Shown here piece after piece: positions 59,187 through 64,000 of a DNA stretch of 64,000 bases. The position numbers and the translations under genes are program-made. Location of the stretch: assembly GCA_014905635.1 (NCBI GenBank), contig JABVCE010000039.1:1-64000 (forward strand), in the 5' to 3' direction. This stretch comes from Scenedesmus sp. PABB004. Taxonomy: Eukaryota. Each line of letters begins with the position of its first letter. Position 1 is the first letter of the stretch. The notes below the pieces were generated by a model that was given only the letters and a program-made list of their open reading frames with translations, had not been told where the DNA came from and ran no database searches.

Positions 59187-60439
59187 CGTGGCTAGGTGAT
59201 GACTGTGGGCGGTCAGCGGCACGCCGGCGCACGCCAGGGCGAGCATGGGCAGCAGCGGCACCGGCAGCAGCGGCGCCGGCAGCGGCGGCAGCGTTGGTGG
59301 GCGGCGCAAGAGCGGGGCGGAGCGTGGGGCGGGAGGTGCGGTGAGCTAACTCTCCGCGGCGCGGCGTGGGTCGCTGGACCGCGATCGAGAGGCTTCGGGG
59401 AGCATCGCGCCGATTCGACGACCTTGCCAGCGCGGGCCCGCCCCCAGCAGCTCCAGCACAGCTCTCAGACGTCGCGTACAGGTGACTCGGAGCGGCGCGG
59501 CACCCACGCCTGCTCCGGGGGCCTGCAGGCGGCGGCGTCGGGGCTGGCTCGCGAGCTGCTCAGCGGCGGCTGCACACCCCCGGGGCTCCGCCGCCGGCCG
59601 CTGGGCGCAGCGCAGGCCGGCGTGCCGCCACCAGGAGGCTCATCCCGGAGCTGCCAGGGACGGCGGCGCCGCGCGGGAGGGCGGCCAGCGCGCCGAGCTG
59701 CCCAGCGTCGCGTGTGCGCGTGGGCAGGTTGCAAGCGGGCTCCACACACGGATCGGAGCAGCAGACCATCATCAAGAGCAGGTATTTGATCATACGCCGC
59801 CTGCTGCTGGCGCTACTCGACTGCTGCGCCGTCTGGTCAGCCCTCCGGCGCACCTCACGCGCCTCGCCTCGCGCACGCGGCCGACGCGCCACGTCGCACC
59901 AGCCCCAGCCCCGAGCCCCCAGTCGGCGCATACCGGCTCCGTGCTCCAAACCCCAAACAAGCAGGACGGCCCGATCACGCCGTCAGGCGCCCCCTGATGC
60001 ATGCGCAGCACCGCCCCGTCCGCCCTGAACCGAGGATGAGTCACAGCAGCGCGACGCGTGCGACACAGATGTACGATAGGAAACCCCAACCTTGAGATTT
60101 TTCCTTCCTTGAGATTGGGTGGCCCGGATCAACCCGCCCGGACAGAGTTGCGACAGACATGCATGTGCGTGACGCGCGCGTGTGACACGGATCTGCGTTG
60201 GGAGACCCCGGCGAGAGTTGGGAGCTGAACAGAGAGCATGCGCCACACACGCTGACGAGCTCGTTCGCGCGCCGCCAGCGCACAGGAGAGAGCAGCCGCC
60301 GGCGGGCCCCGCATGGCGCGGCGGCCGCGCCGGGAAGAAAAATTGCCCGCCGCGGCTGGGTCACGCCCCCGACAGACAGCGCACCGCATGAAACGAACAG
60401 CCATCTGGGATTGTGAAACAACCAATCTGAGATCACAGT

Positions 60440-63400
60440 TCACCTGCCGGGGAGCTGCCCCGCGCAGGTCTTGGTCTTGGGGATGCAGCGGTTGCGGCAG
60501 AGCTTCTGGTTGGCGCGGGGGCAGCCGCACTTGCCGCCCGCCTTGCCCTTCTTCTTCACGCACTTTGTCGCGCCGCCCTTGGTGCAGTCGCCGTCGTCGC
60601 AGCACTGGTTCTCCGGGATGCACTCGTCGTTGCAGGGCTTGGTGCCGTCGGGGCAGGTGCACCTGCGCGGCGGCGGCGCGGGGCCGCGCGTGTGGCGCCG
60701 CCCGGGGCTGCGTGGGGCCGCGCAGAGCTGCTAGCTCCGGTCAGGCCGCACGCACGCCGTATAGTCGCCCTGGCACACGGGCAGGCTGTCGGGGCAGCCC
60801 GTCCCTTCGGGGTTTGACAGGCAGCAGATGTGGAGCCCGTCATAGTTGGGGTCGTAGCAGGCGCCCTCGCACCACTTCCAGCCCTCGGACTCGCACGGCC
60901 GCTCGCAGGTCCCGCCGGGCTCAAGACAGTAGGCACCGTATCCACAGGTGTCGGGCGAGTCGCAGCAGGTGCCCTCGGGGATGCACTGCCCTGCGGCACG
61001 CGGCGCCACCCCGCGCGTGACGCCGCCGCGCTGGGGGGGGGGGGGGGCTGAGGGCGCGGGGCGCGCGCGCCGCACCGCTGCAGTAGGTCGTGCCGTCGCT
61101 GCAGCACGCCTCGGGGGTGGCGGGGTCGGCTGAGCAGGTGCAGTAGCTGGGCTGGGGCACGCCCTCGGCGTCCCTGTTATCAAAGGCGGGGCTGCGGGGC
61201 GCCGGCGGGGGCGGCGGGCGCGCGTGCGGGGTGGGCGGCGCGCCGCGCGGCGGGGCGTGGCGGCGTCGCTGGCGCGCCTGTGCTGCCCAGCCTGGCGGCG
61301 CGGCGTGCCCGCGCACCAGGCAAACCCGTTGTCGGTGCTGCACTCATTGTAGCCCTCCAGCGGGCAGCAGGAGCCGTCCGGGACGCACCAAGACTCTGCG
61401 CACCCGGGGGCGCGCTGAGCGCCTGCTGCGCAGCGGCACGGCGCGCGCGCACGCAATGCCAGCGCGCGCGGCGCAGGCGCGCTGCTGCGCGGCTGCGCAC
61501 CGTTGTCGTCGGCGCACAGGCGGGAGCCCTCTTCGCACAGGGGCTGGCACCCGCTGCTGCCATCACCGTCGCAGTAGCTGTCGGCCGGGCAGCTGTCAGG
61601 CTCGGTGCAGCAGCTGGCCTCTTCAATGCTGCGCGGTGGCGGCAGAGCAGGGGGTGATGGGGGGGGGGGGCACGCGCCGAGCCCCGCAGCTTCGGCCGTG
61701 TGTCGCGCCGCCGCGCCGCCCCGCACCAGGTGTTGCCGCAGGCCTTGAAGTTATCGGGGCAGCCGCGGCACTCTTCCTCGGTGCCCGCGCACTCGCAGGC
61801 CTCGCCCGACTTTGCGCAGCGGAAGGGACTCGGGCAGTCGGATGAGCTGGAGATGCAGCAGGTGTCCCGGGCCACGCAGAACGCCTCCCCGCCCTCCAGG
61901 CAGTACTTTGAGTCGTCGCTGCGAGCGGCCGGGCGGCAGGCCGGCAGGGCGCGCTCGTGCGGCGGCGGCGGCGGCGGCGGTCGCCCCGCGGTCCCGCGCG
62001 CGCTGGCGCCTGGGCCCGGGCGCCCCGCGCCCCGGCTCACTCGCAGAGGTTGCCGCACTGGCGGCTCGTCGCGTTGCACGCCTGCCCGAGCGGGCAGTCG
62101 TCGGGGTCCGCGCAGCAGTCGTCGTCGTTGATGCACCGCGTGCCGCAGCGCTTCTTGCCGGCCTTGCAGCCGTCGTCGGGTGGCGTCGCGCCGGGCTCAC
62201 CCCGGTACGCCGCCATGCGCTCAGCCGACTCGGCAAAACGGCGGGCGCAGTGCGCCGTTGCCGCGTCGCCTGCGGGCTCGCCGCGGTAGGTGACGTCGGG
62301 GGACGAGTAGAGGTTGGCCAGCGTCGGCGGCTGCTCAACGTCGCAGTTGCCGTAGCTGCGCGCACGCCGCGGGCAGGGGCGAGCGCGGGCGGGGGCGGGC
62401 GGGGCGGGCGGGGGCGGGCGGGGGCGGCAGGCGGCCGGTTTGGGCGCGCCGTGTCTGCGCCCCGCGGCCCCGCCGGCCCAGCGCGGGGCGGCCCCTCCCT
62501 CCCCCGGGGCCCTCGCGCGCCGCCGCACCTCATGATCGTGTAAAACGGCGCCTCCGGGTCGCACCTGCGGCGCGGCGCGGCGCGGCACGCGGGGGGCGCG
62601 AGCGCGCGCTCAGCACGCGCCGCTCCGGCATGCAGCAGCGCGGCGCGCGTGTGCGCCCCTGCTCGCTCACCACTTGTAGCCAAACGCGTACTCATCCATG
62701 TAGGTGCGGCGGGACTCCCAGTCGATGTCGTGGTCGTGGTTGCACCCCGCCACGTGGCCGGCCTCGTGCGCGAGCGTGGCGCCATAGAAGCACCCGCGCA
62801 TGACTGCGAAATAGCCCCAGTAGTCCTCGGGCGCCGCGTAGTTGCCGGGCGCGTTGGCTATGCCGCACACCGTGTTGTCGCCGTTCAGCAGGGCCACCAG
62901 GTCGGCGCCGAGCTGCGGGGCGCGCGGCGCGTCGGGCGCGACGGCGGCGCGCGCGCCGGGCGCGGCGGCGGCGCGCGCGCCGCGGCGGCGGCGGCGGCGC
63001 GCGCGTGGCTGCGCGCACTGTGCCGGCCGCACCTCGTCGCGCCACTCAAACACGCCCGGGATCTTGCCGCTCTCGAGGTCCTCCGACACCTGGTTCGCGC
63101 TGGACAGGGACCCCGCCGTGACGTTGGGCTCGGTGTAGAAGACCTTGCGGAAGCCCACCGTGCGCACGGCCACGTTGACGCCCGAGTCGGCCAGCGCTTT
63201 GTTCATCAGCCCCACCGCCGCGTCCGACTGGCGCGCGAGCTCCTCCTCGCCGTTGGCCGCGTCCGCGGCGGCCTCGGTGAAGACCAGCAGCAGCGTGATC
63301 TCGGTCGGGCCGTCGTCCAACAGCCGCCGCGCGCCCGACGACCCGCGCGCGGGCGCCGCGACGCGCAGGGGCTTGACCGCCGGCGCGGCGGCGGCGCGCG

Positions 63401-64000
63401 GCGCCGCGCCGGGCGCCCTGATCGCGGTGCGGCCGGTCGGCGCGGGGCCTGCGTGCGCCTGCCCGCGGCGCGTGGGGCGCACGGCGGTGGCGGCCTTCGG
63501 GGGCGCGCGCTTGGAGGGCTTGACGTGCGCGGCCACGGCGGCCTGGAGCGGCGGGGGAGAGGCGTGGGGGCGGTCGGGCGTGCCGAGGTGCTCCACCACC
63601 ATCGTCGCGGCGCGCCCGCCGGCCGCCGCGGCGGCGGACGCCTCGCCGCCGCCGGCGCGCCACTTGGCGGGCGCGATCTGCGCGGCGCGGGGCGGCGCGG
63701 CGCGTAACGGCGGGGGCGGCAGCGCGTGAGCGGGGCGCGTGAGCGGCGCATGGGTCGCGGAGCGGCGCGGGCGCGGCCCGCGCCGCGCGGAGACCCGCCC
63801 CGCACCAGGAAGTGGCGCCACGCGGCGGGCGTCGCGCCGTGGTCGACAAACTGCACGGAGCCGTGCACGGTTGGGCTGTCGGCGTCAAACATGAGCGCCA
63901 CAAAGCTCTCGGGCGGCGCCAAGCCCTTCAGCTCGCCCAGCCACATGTGGGCGGGCGCCGGGACGTCGGAGCGGCGGACCGCCTCGACGGGGCCCTCCAC
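60440..64000 (-). CDS. Zinc metalloprotease (reprolysin-like / peptidyl-Asp type) with Cys-rich C-terminal repeats; 5' end outside window
   Basis: GADLVALL, CGIA, HEAGHVAGCNHD, Met-turn FYTIM|SY, YSSPDVTYRGEPAG, then multiple CxxxxxxC...CIxxxxCC exons; TGA at 60440-60442. Confidence 0.88.

Noticed and set aside
59751..59800. Minus-strand ATGATCA...TTGATGATGG...CCGA resembling a C/D snoRNA
   Set aside because: D' and C' overlap, no clear terminal stem and no recognisable guide
60082..60091. AAACCCCAAC as a possible telomerase RNA template
   Set aside because: Does not match the CCCTAAA-type repeat seen in this window and no Pol III promoter elements were recognised

Overview
Very GC-rich (about 75-80% by eye), intron-dense nuclear DNA of a chlorophyte green alga, judged from TGTAA poly(A) signals, short introns with CTGAC/CTCAC branch points and CCCTAAA-like tracts. 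Genes from left to right: a tandemly duplicated DUF11/Cys-rich surface protein, a small secreted prepropeptide, a CSN5 3' fragment, a CDC26-TTM3 pair 29 nt apart (bicistronic layout), a 3'-truncated PNGase, a Cys-rich exon-repeat fragment, an HMG-box protein, GCN1, SERRATE, a SUMO-like-domain protein, an At4g37920-like plastid protein, an NmrA-like protein, a DUF2415 WD40 protein, PMP3, DUF1664, TIC236, CMC2, PRL1, a hypothetical protein and a partial zinc metalloprotease. Most interesting observations: (1) five box C/D snoRNA candidates in GCN1 introns, with three guides tiling one contiguous LSU rRNA segment and one family carrying paired U-to-C changes in boxes C and D; (2) the CDC26-TTM3 bicistron, with an upstream ATG in frame with TTM3 across CDC26; (3) three unrelated short retro-type inserts ending in TGTAA plus a microsatellite tail; (4) a prepropeptide with repeated RxL sites and a CWCWCWECP terminus; (5) frequent GC-AG introns. 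The first 16 kb shows signs of assembly joins or low-quality consensus. All names come from motif recognition by eye, with no database searches. Multi-exon genes are given as outer spans.
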